This document shows, piece by piece, positions 54,711-63,907 of a stretch of 64,000 bases of DNA. This DNA comes from Candidatus Kaiserbacteria bacterium RIFCSPHIGHO2_01_FULL_53_29 (GTDB lineage: Bacteria > Patescibacteriota > Minisyncoccia > Phycocordibacterales > UBA2100). The stretch is from positions 3,630 to 67,629 of the forward strand of contig MFKT01000001.1 of assembly GCA_001781125.1 (NCBI GenBank), given 5' to 3'. The notes below the pieces were generated by a model. It was given only the letters and a program-made list of their open reading frames with translations. It was not told the origin of the DNA and ran no database searches. Each line of letters opens with the position of its first letter. The first letter of the stretch is position 1. The position numbers were made by a program, and so were the translations under genes.

Positions 54711-54770
54711 TTATTCTGCGATGATTTCTTGCGTCCCGTCGCGTGCGCCACGGGATGCTACCATGGGGCG

Positions 54771-55031
54771 ATGAAGATTGAGTTTACCAATCATGCACAA
54801 CGAAGAATGCGTGAACGGAATTTGAGTCGCAGGCAACTTGAAAGATTCGTCAGCAAACCCGACAGCGTTGAAGTTTCAAGCAAGAACTCGTTGAGATTTT
54901 TACTCAAGAAACGGTATCGTCACCGCACATCCGGGAAGGACCACTTGCTTATGGCGATTTGCGAGCGCCATGGTGACGTACTTGTTGTGGTGACTATCGT
55001 TGACACTTCACAGATCAGGAAATACAGTTAG
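54771..55031 (+). CDS. DUF4258-family protein (putative toxin/RNase-like)
   Basis: MKIEFTNHAQRRMRERNLSRRQLERFV... is typical of the DUF4258 N-terminus. Confidence 0.55.
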   Translation: MKIEFTNHAQRRMRERNLSRRQLERFVSKPDSVEVSSKNSLRFLLKKRYRHRTSGKDHLLMAICERHGDVLVVVTIVDTSQIRKYS

Positions 55032-55034
55032 GGT

Positions 55035-55256
55035 ATGGTAAAAATTGGCTATGATAAGGAAGCACGAGTATTGTCGTTCCGCATCGGCCGTGGAAAGAGC
55101 GTTGATTCCGATGTAGAAGACTCCGTTGTGATTGATCGCGACAAGAAAGGCCGCATTGTGAATGTGGAAATCATGGACATCAGTATTGACGAATTCAGGA
55201 AGGCGCAGCCGCATATGCGCAAAATCGCGCATCTCGATCCGGCAGAAGTGCGGTAA
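55035..55256 (+). CDS. DUF2283-family protein (putative antitoxin partner of DUF4258)
   Basis: MVKIGYDKEARVLSFRIGRGKSVDSDVEDSVVIDRDKKGRIVNVEIMD is typical of DUF2283 (YDKE.D.L...; GVI.D.D..G.IVGIEI). Confidence 0.55.
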   Translation: MVKIGYDKEARVLSFRIGRGKSVDSDVEDSVVIDRDKKGRIVNVEIMDISIDEFRKAQPHMRKIAHLDPAEVR

Positions 55257-55266
55257 AGCGAGCGAT

Positions 55267-57435
55267 CTATTCCCCGTGCAATTCTTGTCCTGCGCTTTCT
55301 ACGCGCGCTGCGAGTGCGGGGTAGTTTGAAAGCGTTGAGTCTTTTGCGATGAGCGCTTGCGCCTCTTCGCGCGCGGCGCGGATTAATTTTACGTTTTTTA
55401 GGGCTTCCATGCCGAGGTCGCTCACACCCCATTGTTTGCGCCCAAAAAGATCGCCCGCGCCGCGCGCTTCGAGGTCGGCTTCGGCGAGTTTGAACCCATC
55501 GTCGGTACCCGCGAGCGCTCTCAAGCGCTTCAGAGAGATATCGCTCTTCGTATCGGGCAGGAGAAAACAGTAGGGTCTGTACGAGCTTCGCATGATACGC
55601 CCACGCAGTTGGTGCAATTGCGCCAATCCAAATCGCTCGGCGCCTTCGATGAGCATCACGGTCGCGTTGGGCACGTTGATGCCGACTTCGACCACCGATG
55701 TGGCAACGAGGATATCGATCTTGTGTGCCGCAAATTGCGCCATGACCCTGTCTTTCTCCTGTGGCTTGACGCCACCGTGTAAAAGGCCGATGCGGTATTC
55801 GGGGAACACATCCTTTTGCAATCGTTGTGCTTCGGCTTTTGCCGACTTCGCCTGCAGCGCGTTTATTTTTGCAGGATCAGGCTCTTCAATGCGCGGGCAG
55901 ATGACGAATGCCTGCCGTCCGGCTTTCAATTGCTCGCGTACACGCTCGTATGCACTCGCTCGGCTCGAGGGGCTAACGATTTCGGTTGTAATTTTTGCGC
56001 GTCCGGGCGGCAGCTCGTCCAAAAGAGAGATATCGAGGTCGCCATAGATGGTAAGTGAGAGCGTGCGGGGAATTGGCGTTGCAGTCATAGATAAAAAGTG
56101 AGGGGCTGCATCTCCTTTATGCGCAAGAGCACGTCTTTGCTTGGTGCCAAACCTGTGTTGTTCGTCCACTATCGCGTAGGCGAGGTGCTGGAACTTCACG
56201 GATTTTTGGATAAGCGCATGGGTGCCGACGAGCATGGCGATCTCGCCGCCCGCGACCCATTTCAAAAGCTGCGCGCGCGAAATATCGGTCGCTCCATCTC
56301 GGTCCACTTTCGACGGGAATTTTTTGCAGCCGCTTCCGGTCATAAGCGCGATATTGATCGGCAGATGCTCGAAGTATTCGATGAAGGATTGGAAGTGCTG
56401 CGCCGCCAGTATTTCCGTCGGCGCCATATAGGCAACTTGCAAGGTCCCGCTTGTACGATTCGGTGGACGTGAGTTTACTACCGCATAAGCACTCGCTGCG
56501 GCGACCAGAGTCTTGCCGCTTCCTACATCGCCCTCCAAAAGCCGCGCCATCGGGTGTAGCTTGCCGAAATCGGCAAGAATGTCGGCGATAGCGCGCCGCT
56601 GGGCTACGGTCGGCGGGAAAGGAATGGTGGCGAGGAATTTCTCTGCGAGTGCATCGCCATCCTTCATTGGAAATGACGCCTGTGAATCGTTCTCGGCACG
56701 TTCGCGGGCGCGTGCGATCTGGATCGCAAAAATTTCTTCGAATGCGAATCGTTTTCGCGCGGCTTCTGCATGCTTGAGCTCGTCCGGTTTATGAATATAC
56801 AAGAGTGCGTTCGCAAGTGGGGGCAAATTGTAGCGCTTCACGATTTCCGCAGGAATGGGATCTTGCATGGGATCCAAAATGTTTGCAGCAAATACTTTGT
56901 CGAGGGCATGGCGGAACCAAAGCGATGTGACGCCCCGGCTTTCGGGATAGACAGCAAAGAGAGAGCTTTCAGCTTTCAGCTTTGAGCTTTCAGGAGAAGA
57001 AAAAAGACCCGCTTCGACAGGATCCGCGGCTTCGACATGCGGGTTTGCGAGATACGGTTTTCCGCCTTTACCCCCCACAGTGCCGACCGCTTTTACAAAT
57101 TGCCCTTCCGAAAATTTCTTGGCGAGATACGGCTGGTGGAACCACATGATCTTGATCGAGCCCGACGAATCGGTGATAACCGCTTCGCCGACGGGAATTC
57201 TCCTCTTCCACGATCTTCGCGTGTCGAGTTTGCTGATGGTGCCGAAGATCGTCACTGAAGCGCCCGCGACGAGTCCTGTAATAGCTGAATCCATTCCACC
57301 CTGATCGTAGCGAACGGGGAAGTGATACAGGAGCTGACGAACCGTCAAAAGCCCTAGTTTTTTCAAACCACTGAGCTGTACAGGTGTAAGTCGGAAGTAT
57401 TTCGTGAGGGCGTCGTTGGGGTGCATTGGAGGCAT
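55267..57435 (-). CDS. recG: ATP-dependent DNA helicase RecG
   Basis: Wedge/OB N-terminal region and the helicase motifs LLEGDVGSGKTLVAAASAY and IVDEQHRFG. The start is set at the internal ATG (MPPMHPNDAL). Confidence 0.88.
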   Translation of the reverse strand: MPPMHPNDALTKYFRLTPVQLSGLKKLGLLTVRQLLYHFPVRYDQGGMDSAITGLVAGASVTIFGTISKLDTRRSWKRRIPVGEAVITDSSGSIKIMWFHQPYLAKKFSEGQFVKAVGTVGGKGGKPYLANPHVEAADPVEAGLFSSPESSKLKAESSLFAVYPESRGVTSLWFRHALDKVFAANILDPMQDPIPAEIVKRYNLPPLANALLYIHKPDELKHAEAARKRFAFEEIFAIQIARARERAENDSQASFPMKDGDALAEKFLATIPFPPTVAQRRAIADILADFGKLHPMARLLEGDVGSGKTLVAAASAYAVVNSRPPNRTSGTLQVAYMAPTEILAAQHFQSFIEYFEHLPINIALMTGSGCKKFPSKVDRDGATDISRAQLLKWVAGGEIAMLVGTHALIQKSVKFQHLAYAIVDEQHRFGTKQRRALAHKGDAAPHFLSMTATPIPRTLSLTIYGDLDISLLDELPPGRAKITTEIVSPSSRASAYERVREQLKAGRQAFVICPRIEEPDPAKINALQAKSAKAEAQRLQKDVFPEYRIGLLHGGVKPQEKDRVMAQFAAHKIDILVATSVVEVGINVPNATVMLIEGAERFGLAQLHQLRGRIMRSSYRPYCFLLPDTKSDISLKRLRALAGTDDGFKLAEADLEARGAGDLFGRKQWGVSDLGMEALKNVKLIRAAREEAQALIAKDSTLSNYPALAARVESAGQELHGE

Positions 57436-57903
57436 TCTACACCGAGGCCGGCACGTGCTCGTGCCGGCATGACCCCTCTCGCATCGGCAGTAGCCGACAC
57501 TCGAGCCGCTTGGCGGCGCGCTCACGCGCGGGGTCAGTTATTCACACTCTCGTCATTTGTAATATTGCACGCTGCGGGGGTGTAGGTAAAATGGTCGTGT
57601 CCCGGTACCGCACATCTATAAAAAAGATGTGGCTACGGGACGAGAAGTGGTGTCTCGCGCTTTGAATTGGGCAATTCGCGCCCCGTAGTTGTTGAGCGTG
57701 CGAGACATACTTCGGGGTTTGTTAGTAGCGTTAACAAATATATATGGCGTATCATGACGATGAAGAAAGACAGGGAAGCGATCTTCTCGAGGGTGCGGTA
57801 GACGAGGTTCTCGAAAAACCGGATATTGATGACGAGGATGAGGACACCCCGGTGAGCGAAATGCTTGATGAGGACAAATACGAATAAGTGCTAGAATGCT
57901 CCA

Positions 57904-58239
57904 ATGCGTACCATCCTTCGCTATCTGGGCACTGTCGCGGCGGTTTTTCTCACAGTCAATCTCGTTCCGGGAATTACGGTTGCGGGCGGCTGGACGACGA
58001 TCTTGCTCGTCGCGCTCGTGTGGTCTGTGATCATGATGATTATTAAGCCGGTGCTCACCATTCTCACGCTCCCGATCACCATTCTCACGCTCGGCCTGTT
58101 CTCATTTATCTTGAACGCGCTCCTCTTTTGGGCGATGACACTCATCGTCCCCGGTTTTATCGTCGCGGGATTTTTGCCGGCGCTTCTGGGCGCGCTTGTG
58201 CTGTCAGTTTTGACATGGCTCATTCACCAGATTCTTTAA
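57904..58239 (+). CDS. DUF360 / phage-holin-4-like 4-TM membrane protein
   Basis: Four hydrophobic helices with ...IKPVLTILTLPITILTLGLFSFILNALLFWAMTLIVPGFIV..., characteristic of pfam04020-like proteins. Confidence 0.6.
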   Translation: MRTILRYLGTVAAVFLTVNLVPGITVAGGWTTILLVALVWSVIMMIIKPVLTILTLPITILTLGLFSFILNALLFWAMTLIVPGFIVAGFLPALLGALVLSVLTWLIHQIL

Positions 58240-58249
58240 GGCTTCTTTC

Positions 58250-59320
58250 ATGAGCGAACCCATATCCGGTCCCGCATTTTTCATAGGCAAGGGTGACGAT
58301 ACGCTCATCTCGTTCGGCTCCGGCCAGCCGGATTTGCCGCCGCCCGTGGAAGCCTTTGATATCCTGAAAACGTACACGAGCTTCAAGTACGGTCTCGTGC
58401 AAGGGGAACAATCTCTGCGCTCCGCGCTTGCCTCCCAGTACCCGCAGGCCACGGCAGAGCACTTTGTCATCACCAACGGCGCCTCGGAGGCGATAGACCT
58501 CGTCTTGCGCTCAATTTCCGTTCCCAGGGGAAAAGTCCTCTTGCCGCGGCCGTACTACTATTCGTATCCGTTCAATGTGCTTTACGCGGGCATGACGCCT
58601 TGCTACTACGACTTGGACAAAAACGGCAAAGTAGATTTCACGGTCTTTGAAAGAATAGTGCAAGGATGCGTTGCGGTGATGATCAATTCACCGTCCAATC
58701 CCACGGGCACGGTGCAGGACATTGATACACTCAAAAAGATCGAGGCGCTGTGCGATAAGCTTGGTGTGTATGTGATCTCCGACGAAGTCTACAAAGACAT
58801 TATTTATGTGCGCGAGAATTATCTCATTCAGGGCTCACGCGTCATCACCGTCAACTCTTTTTCAAAAACCTACGCCATGTGCGGCTTACGCGTGGGCTAT
58901 GCGTACTCAACGAACAAAGAACTTATAGAAAAGATCGTGGAGATGAAGACGCACACCGCGATGAACACGAGTATCGTGGGACAGGTAATGGCGCTCGCGG
59001 CGCTCTCGGCTCCCCAAAGTTACATAGGACACAATGTAGAGGTCTGGCATGCGCGGCGCGATCTGATGTACAACGGAATGCGCGAGCTCGGGCTTCTGCT
59101 CTGGAAGCCGGAAGGCGCATTCTACGTCCTGCCGAAGTTCAAGAATTCGGGGCGCGCGGTGAACGACCTCTATTACACCTATAAGGTGATTACCTACGAC
59201 GGCGCGTGGTTTGGTGCGCCGGAGCGCATCCGCTTCAGCTATGCTCTCGATGCCACTAAGATCCAGGAAGGCCTGCGCCGCCTCAAAGAATTTATGGGGA
59301 AGGAATACGCCTCCTACTGA
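58250..59320 (+). CDS. Class I/II PLP-dependent aminotransferase (aspartate/aromatic aminotransferase-like)
   Basis: ...VMINSPSNPTGTV...VISDEVYKD...NSFSKTYAMCGLRVGYA is the PLP-lysine SxSK motif region. Confidence 0.85.
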   Translation: MSEPISGPAFFIGKGDDTLISFGSGQPDLPPPVEAFDILKTYTSFKYGLVQGEQSLRSALASQYPQATAEHFVITNGASEAIDLVLRSISVPRGKVLLPRPYYYSYPFNVLYAGMTPCYYDLDKNGKVDFTVFERIVQGCVAVMINSPSNPTGTVQDIDTLKKIEALCDKLGVYVISDEVYKDIIYVRENYLIQGSRVITVNSFSKTYAMCGLRVGYAYSTNKELIEKIVEMKTHTAMNTSIVGQVMALAALSAPQSYIGHNVEVWHARRDLMYNGMRELGLLLWKPEGAFYVLPKFKNSGRAVNDLYYTYKVITYDGAWFGAPERIRFSYALDATKIQEGLRRLKEFMGKEYASY

Positions 59321-59348
59321 TTCGTACCCGTCTTCATGCTACTATTAA

Positions 59349-60404
59349 GTGGCTATGTCACTCAATCAAACTGAAACTCCGCACGGTCGCAAACCATGGC
59401 TCACTATTAGCTTGGCGCTTCTCGCGCTCGTTACATTTTTTATGATGTCTGGAGGCGGACAGACGATTTCGAGAATGGGTGGCGGGTACGGAGTTTCAAG
59501 CTCAAATACAATGGCGCCGACACCGCCGACCATGGGGATAGCCGAAAGCGCACAGGGTGTGCCGCGAGCGACTCAAGTCATGGCCCCGGATTATTATCCG
59601 CAGCCGTACTATGGCGGCACGCCTGCGGCCACTGATACGCGCGAATTCAATAAGATCTCATACAGCGCCGTGATGCGCACGCGTAGTGTGCAGGATCTCG
59701 TGCGCCGCACCGAGACCACCGTTCGCGGATTTGATGGTCGTGTCGATCAGACATCGAGCGCGGAAAAGTACGGGTATGTGAGCTTCGTCATACCGGCAAC
59801 GAAATTTGAAGAATTTAGAACCGAAATCGAATCGTTCGTCCGACCGCGATTTTTGAAAGTCGATATCTCATCTCAGAATCTTTTGTCACAGAAGCAGAGC
59901 ATTGAGGAGACGCAAAAGCAGGTGGAGAAGAATATCGCCGACCTGCAGACCGAGCGCAAGCAGCTTGTCGCCAGTCATGCAAGCGCCGTCAAATCGCTCC
60001 AATCACAGATCGACGCAAATACGAACACGCAGACAGCACTGCGTGCGGAAGTCACGAATGATCCCGCAAGGCAGGCATCAATTGCGCTACAACTTAACCA
60101 ATTGTCGGCAGAACTCATCACACTTAAATCGCGTTTGGCCAATGAAAATTCAAATTATGTGAACAATATCGCCTCGATCGATTCACAGATCAAATACACC
60201 AACGAAAATCTGACGGGCGTGAAGCAGCAGGACCAGAATCTTCTCGACAATGTCGCTACCGTGAATGGCACGATTTCTTTCAACTGGATCTCGCTGTGGG
60301 AAATCATGCAGCTGTATCTGCCCGGATACTGGATCCCGTCTATTCTGGCTGTATCAGCTATGCTTGCGTACCTGTGGGAGCGCCGGCGAGGTCACTTTCA
60401 ATAA
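59349..60404 (+). CDS. Hypothetical bitopic membrane protein with a central coiled-coil (DUF4349-like architecture)
   Basis: N- and C-terminal hydrophobic helices. The middle is Q/N/L-rich coiled-coil-like sequence. Confidence 0.5.
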   Translation: MAMSLNQTETPHGRKPWLTISLALLALVTFFMMSGGGQTISRMGGGYGVSSSNTMAPTPPTMGIAESAQGVPRATQVMAPDYYPQPYYGGTPAATDTREFNKISYSAVMRTRSVQDLVRRTETTVRGFDGRVDQTSSAEKYGYVSFVIPATKFEEFRTEIESFVRPRFLKVDISSQNLLSQKQSIEETQKQVEKNIADLQTERKQLVASHASAVKSLQSQIDANTNTQTALRAEVTNDPARQASIALQLNQLSAELITLKSRLANENSNYVNNIASIDSQIKYTNENLTGVKQQDQNLLDNVATVNGTISFNWISLWEIMQLYLPGYWIPSILAVSAMLAYLWERRRGHFQ

Positions 60405-60886
60405 TATTTCGAAGAAGCCGCGTGTTTGCCAAAGGCATTCCACGGCAGTTGCATGCCGGATTCGGGAAATTGGTCGAGCACCCACTGGACGTATGTGTTG
60501 CTGTTGGGGCCGGGCAAAGAATAGGTGTAACAGTATGGATATGTGTGCGGTGAGTTCTCGATACATTCTGCCATTCGTGCGGCCAGTGAGTTTTCCTCGC
60601 CTTCAATACCTCCCAGCAGAGTTCCTTCGCCCCACAGGTATTTCTCGGTAAAGAGAAATTTCGCGATTCCCTGCAGCGGAGTATAAAAATCCTTGTGCAG
60701 ATGTCCCCAGCGTGCCTCCCATTCTTGCGGCCGCCAGAACACTTCCCATCGCGAGACTACTCCACGTCTGTTCACGACGAACCACGGGTGGCAGCTGAAA
60801 CTAAAAGGCAGTGTTGCCGGACAGGTGAACAGAAAGACCTGATACCTGTCGTTCTTTAGCAGACGGTTGAGATTTTGCTCACTCAC
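60398..60886 (-). CDS. Hypothetical protein (the family was not recognised with confidence)
   Basis: A 162-aa ORF, convergent with a 7-nt overlap to the previous gene. Confidence 0.45.
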   Translation of the reverse strand: MSEQNLNRLLKNDRYQVFLFTCPATLPFSFSCHPWFVVNRRGVVSRWEVFWRPQEWEARWGHLHKDFYTPLQGIAKFLFTEKYLWGEGTLLGGIEGEENSLAARMAECIENSPHTYPYCYTYSLPGPNSNTYVQWVLDQFPESGMQLPWNAFGKHAASSKYY

Positions 60887-60898
60887 AAAGGTGCCATG

Positions 60899-61906
60899 TT
60901 AGTTGATCTCGATGTCGATGTGGCGCACCGCGGGGAAGCGCTTGCGCAGCATTGCCTCGATCTCGTCTATTTTCTTGCCCATCAAGCGCGGGATGCGGTC
61001 GGCATAATCCACACAAAAACGCTTGAACGCCTCGTAATCGTCTTTGATCTCCTCGTATCGCTCTTGCAGATATTTATTCTGATATGCACCCTTGAGAAGG
61101 GCGTTGCCGTTGAATTCGACTTCACACTTGATGCGGTATACACCGATGCCGAGCACGCTTGATTTGAAATCGATGACGCGCTCTATCGCGGGCTCTGCCA
61201 CGAGTGCGGCGATTATTTCCTCCCGCTCGTCTTCCGGAATTGAGCGGCCAAGGAGATAGGAGTGGTTTTTGCGGATGAGAACGATGGCGATGGTCGCAAG
61301 CAAAAGACCCACGACTACAGAGCCGAGGGCGTCCCACAGGGTATTGCCCGTGTAATACGACGCAGCAATACTTAGTGCCGCAACGCCAATGCCGATGAGC
61401 GCGACGCCATCTTCGAGATACACGGCGAGGGTCGACGGATCGGCAAGCGCGAGCCGTTCTCGCCACGATGCATCCGGGTACGACCGTTTGAGTCCGCGTG
61501 CGGCTATCCAGAATGTCAGCAATTCGATGACGAAGGATGCACCCAAGACGACGAACAGAAGCCCGTGGATTTCGATCGGATGGGGATTGAGGAGCGAGGA
61601 GACGCCCTTATAGAGCGAGATACCTGCACCGAGGAAAAATATCCCGCACGCCGAGAGGAGTGCCCAGAAGAAACGCTCTTGGCCGTATCCGTAGTCAAAG
61701 TCGTCGTCGGCTTTCTTGAACGAACGGCCGACACCGATGAGGAGAAAAAGTTGATTGAGCGTATCGGCAAGGCTGTGCACCGCTTCGGAAAACATCACAC
61801 TTGAGCCCGATGTGGCTGCGGCGCCCGCCTTGATGATCGTAACCAAAAGATTCCCGACGAACGCCGCCGCGACGGGAATGAGCCCCACTGTCCGCCTCTC
61901 TGCCAT
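60899..61906 (-). CDS. Cation diffusion facilitator (CDF) family divalent metal efflux transporter
   Basis: TM region with HSLADTLNQ... and D/H metal-site motifs, plus a C-terminal cytoplasmic CDF domain. A 335-aa length is typical. Confidence 0.85.
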   Translation of the reverse strand: MAERRTVGLIPVAAAFVGNLLVTIIKAGAAATSGSSVMFSEAVHSLADTLNQLFLLIGVGRSFKKADDDFDYGYGQERFFWALLSACGIFFLGAGISLYKGVSSLLNPHPIEIHGLLFVVLGASFVIELLTFWIAARGLKRSYPDASWRERLALADPSTLAVYLEDGVALIGIGVAALSIAASYYTGNTLWDALGSVVVGLLLATIAIVLIRKNHSYLLGRSIPEDEREEIIAALVAEPAIERVIDFKSSVLGIGVYRIKCEVEFNGNALLKGAYQNKYLQERYEEIKDDYEAFKRFCVDYADRIPRLMGKKIDEIEAMLRKRFPAVRHIDIEIN

Positions 61907-62000
61907 ACCGACACTTTAGCATAACGCGCTCTTACGAAGCGTACGTTATCTGCTCTTCGAATTGAGAATAGATATAACCCGGATCGCACCTGAGTAAAAA

Positions 62001-62909
62001 TCAAAATATCAAATCTTCGTCCTTTACTGACCGTGTCATAAGTTCCTTTAGCGCTGTTTGTGGAGATCTTTCCCCCGCAACTACTTTTGCGATCTGTGAG
62101 AAAAGAGGAAGATCAAGCCGGTTTCGCTCACTTAATTTGAGGACAAGCTGAGCGTTACGAATACCCTCCACGGTGATACCCCTCTTACGTCCGACACTTC
62201 CTGATCTGCCGATTGAGAATCCAGTCGAATAATTTCTACTTTTTACGCTCGTGCACGTTAGGATCAGGTCGCCTATCCCCGATAAGCCACGCAAGGTCTG
62301 CTCACGTGCTCCCTCGGCCCTGGCCAAAATTACCATTTCGCGAAATCCGCGGGTGATAAGCGCTGCTCGGGCGTTGTCGCCACAGCCCATGCCATCACTG
62401 ATGCCGGCGGCAAGGGCGACAATGTTTTTCAACATCCCGCCTAATTCAACACCGATGACGTCTTTGGTCCGATAGACACGGAAATTTTCAGTGCAGAATA
62501 ATCTCTGCACTTTTTCCGACGCTTCCGAAGAATGAGAGGCCGCAACAACCGCAGTTGGTTTGCGCTGTGACACTTCCCCGGCAAAACTCGGGCCGGACAA
62601 TACGGTAAATTTTCGCGCGTGATGCGGGCTCAATTCTTCAACGATCTGGGATGTTCGCATCAGCGAAGCATCTTCCAGTCCTTTTGTTACAGAGATGACA
62701 ATCGTGTGAGGACTAAGCTTGGGTAAGACATCAGCCGCAATCTCACGGAAAATTGCAGAAGGGGGAGCCAGAATAAGAAATTCAACGTTTGCAATCGCTT
62801 CCATTTTCGCCCTTTTTTGCCACAGCACTACGTCGCGGCCGTTGTCTCTGAGTGGCACTGCCAAGGCGGTACCCCACTGCCCGGCTGGGATAATTACAAC
62901 TTTAGACAT
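62001..62909 (-). CDS. gpsA: NAD(P)H-dependent glycerol-3-phosphate dehydrogenase
   Basis: MSKVVIIPAGQWGTALA... (Rossmann GxGxxG) ...LGGMLKNIVALAAGISDGMG... matches GpsA. The start is set at the internal ATG. The listed ORF extends a further 55 codons upstream through hairpin-rich sequence. Confidence 0.85.
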   Translation of the reverse strand: MSKVVIIPAGQWGTALAVPLRDNGRDVVLWQKRAKMEAIANVEFLILAPPSAIFREIAADVLPKLSPHTIVISVTKGLEDASLMRTSQIVEELSPHHARKFTVLSGPSFAGEVSQRKPTAVVAASHSSEASEKVQRLFCTENFRVYRTKDVIGVELGGMLKNIVALAAGISDGMGCGDNARAALITRGFREMVILARAEGAREQTLRGLSGIGDLILTCTSVKSRNYSTGFSIGRSGSVGRKRGITVEGIRNAQLVLKLSERNRLDLPLFSQIAKVVAGERSPQTALKELMTRSVKDEDLIF

Positions 62910-63463
62910 ACGTGGATGGCGTTGACCTTTATTTTTTGAGTAATTCATCCGCAAGATCCTGTCTGGCGGTGTAATCATATCCTTTGCGCGAACCTTTTTC
63001 GAGCGGAACTGACTTCGCACGCTCCGCGTGCGTGGTGGCTTGAAACTGCATCGTACGCTCCGATCGCGTGGCAACTCTGAATCCCGCCACGCGCGGAGTA
63101 CCGCGCGTCCCGCCCTCTCGCCTTGCCGCTCCTCTCCATTCTGATTTTTTGCGGGGGGGGAATTTGAAAAAAGGAATGGGCGGCAAAGGCGAGGGGCGGC
63201 GCTTCCTTTTCAAGATTCCAAGAAAAGGAAGCGGACGGGATTCAAATACAACAAGGAGCAAACGGCTCGAATGCACTAAACGAGCCGTTTGCACAAAATC
63301 AGGAATACAAAGCGGAGCCTCGCCATACAAAATTCTTCAAGGAATGGCGAGGCGCAAAATCTATATGTGTTTGCCCCTCCCTCCCAGCGCACACATCATC
63401 CCCGCCGTTTTAGGAAAACATTTTAAAACGGCGGGGATGGCTCCCTGAAGAATTATCAACGCG
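62910..63463. other. A 550-nt noncoding tract packed with at least 5 near-perfect GC-rich stem-loops
   Basis: Hairpins: 63088-63106 CGCGCGG/AGTA/CCGCGCG; 63198-63238 CGCTTCCTTTT...AAAAGGAAGCG; 63261-63290 AAACGGCTCG...CGAGCCGTTT; 63317-63352 GCCTCGCCAT...ATGGCGAGGC; 63400-63436 CCCCGCCGTTTTA...TAAAACGGCGGGG. A G8 run sits at 63153-63160. Confidence 0.5.
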
Positions 63464-63907
63464 TTAGCTTTGTCTGACATTTGCTTTCTCCAATTTTCTT
63501 ACTGCTTTCAAACGATGTGGTTTTCTACCCTGGTATTTCGTTTCTAAAAATCGCATTGCGATTTTTATATTCTTCTCGACTGGTGTAAATGCGGACAAAC
63601 ACAAAACATTTGCGTTGTTTATGATTTTTGCGTTCTTTGCGTGCGTGAGCTCATAGCACGCGACGGCGTATATCCCTTTGTGCTTGTTCGCACATATCGC
63701 TGTCCCACTTCCCGTTCCGCACATCAAAATACCTTCTGTCTTGTGCTTTTTCACCAGTCGAGAAACCTCTTTCGAAATATCAATGTAGTTATCGAGTGCC
63801 GGATTTTTCTCGACGACATCTACCACTTTGCCAACGTGCGACAGCGCGCGTTTCATGCGCTCGACTTGTTTTTTGCCCTGATAGTCCGACCCAAATATAA
63901 TTTTCAT
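63464..63907 (-). CDS. rpiB: Ribose-5-phosphate isomerase B (RpiB/LacAB family)
   Basis: MKIIFGSDYQGKK...GILMCGTGSGTAICANKHKGIYAVAC matches RpiB. Confidence 0.88.
   Translation of the reverse strand: MKIIFGSDYQGKKQVERMKRALSHVGKVVDVVEKNPALDNYIDISKEVSRLVKKHKTEGILMCGTGSGTAICANKHKGIYAVACYELTHAKNAKIINNANVLCLSAFTPVEKNIKIAMRFLETKYQGRKPHRLKAVRKLEKANVRQS

Noticed and set aside
62910-63463. tmRNA (ssrA), RNase P RNA or SRP RNA in the hairpin-rich tract (and near smpB at 43950-44470)
   Set aside because: I could not find the conserved tmRNA 5' GGGG...UUCGACGGG / 3' T-arm-ACCA motifs, an ...ALAA tag-peptide reading frame, the RNase P P4 motif (AGGAAAGUCCGGGCUCC), or the SRP GGAAGCAGCCAAGG motif by eye. 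It is kept as a finding for a proper covariance-model scan.
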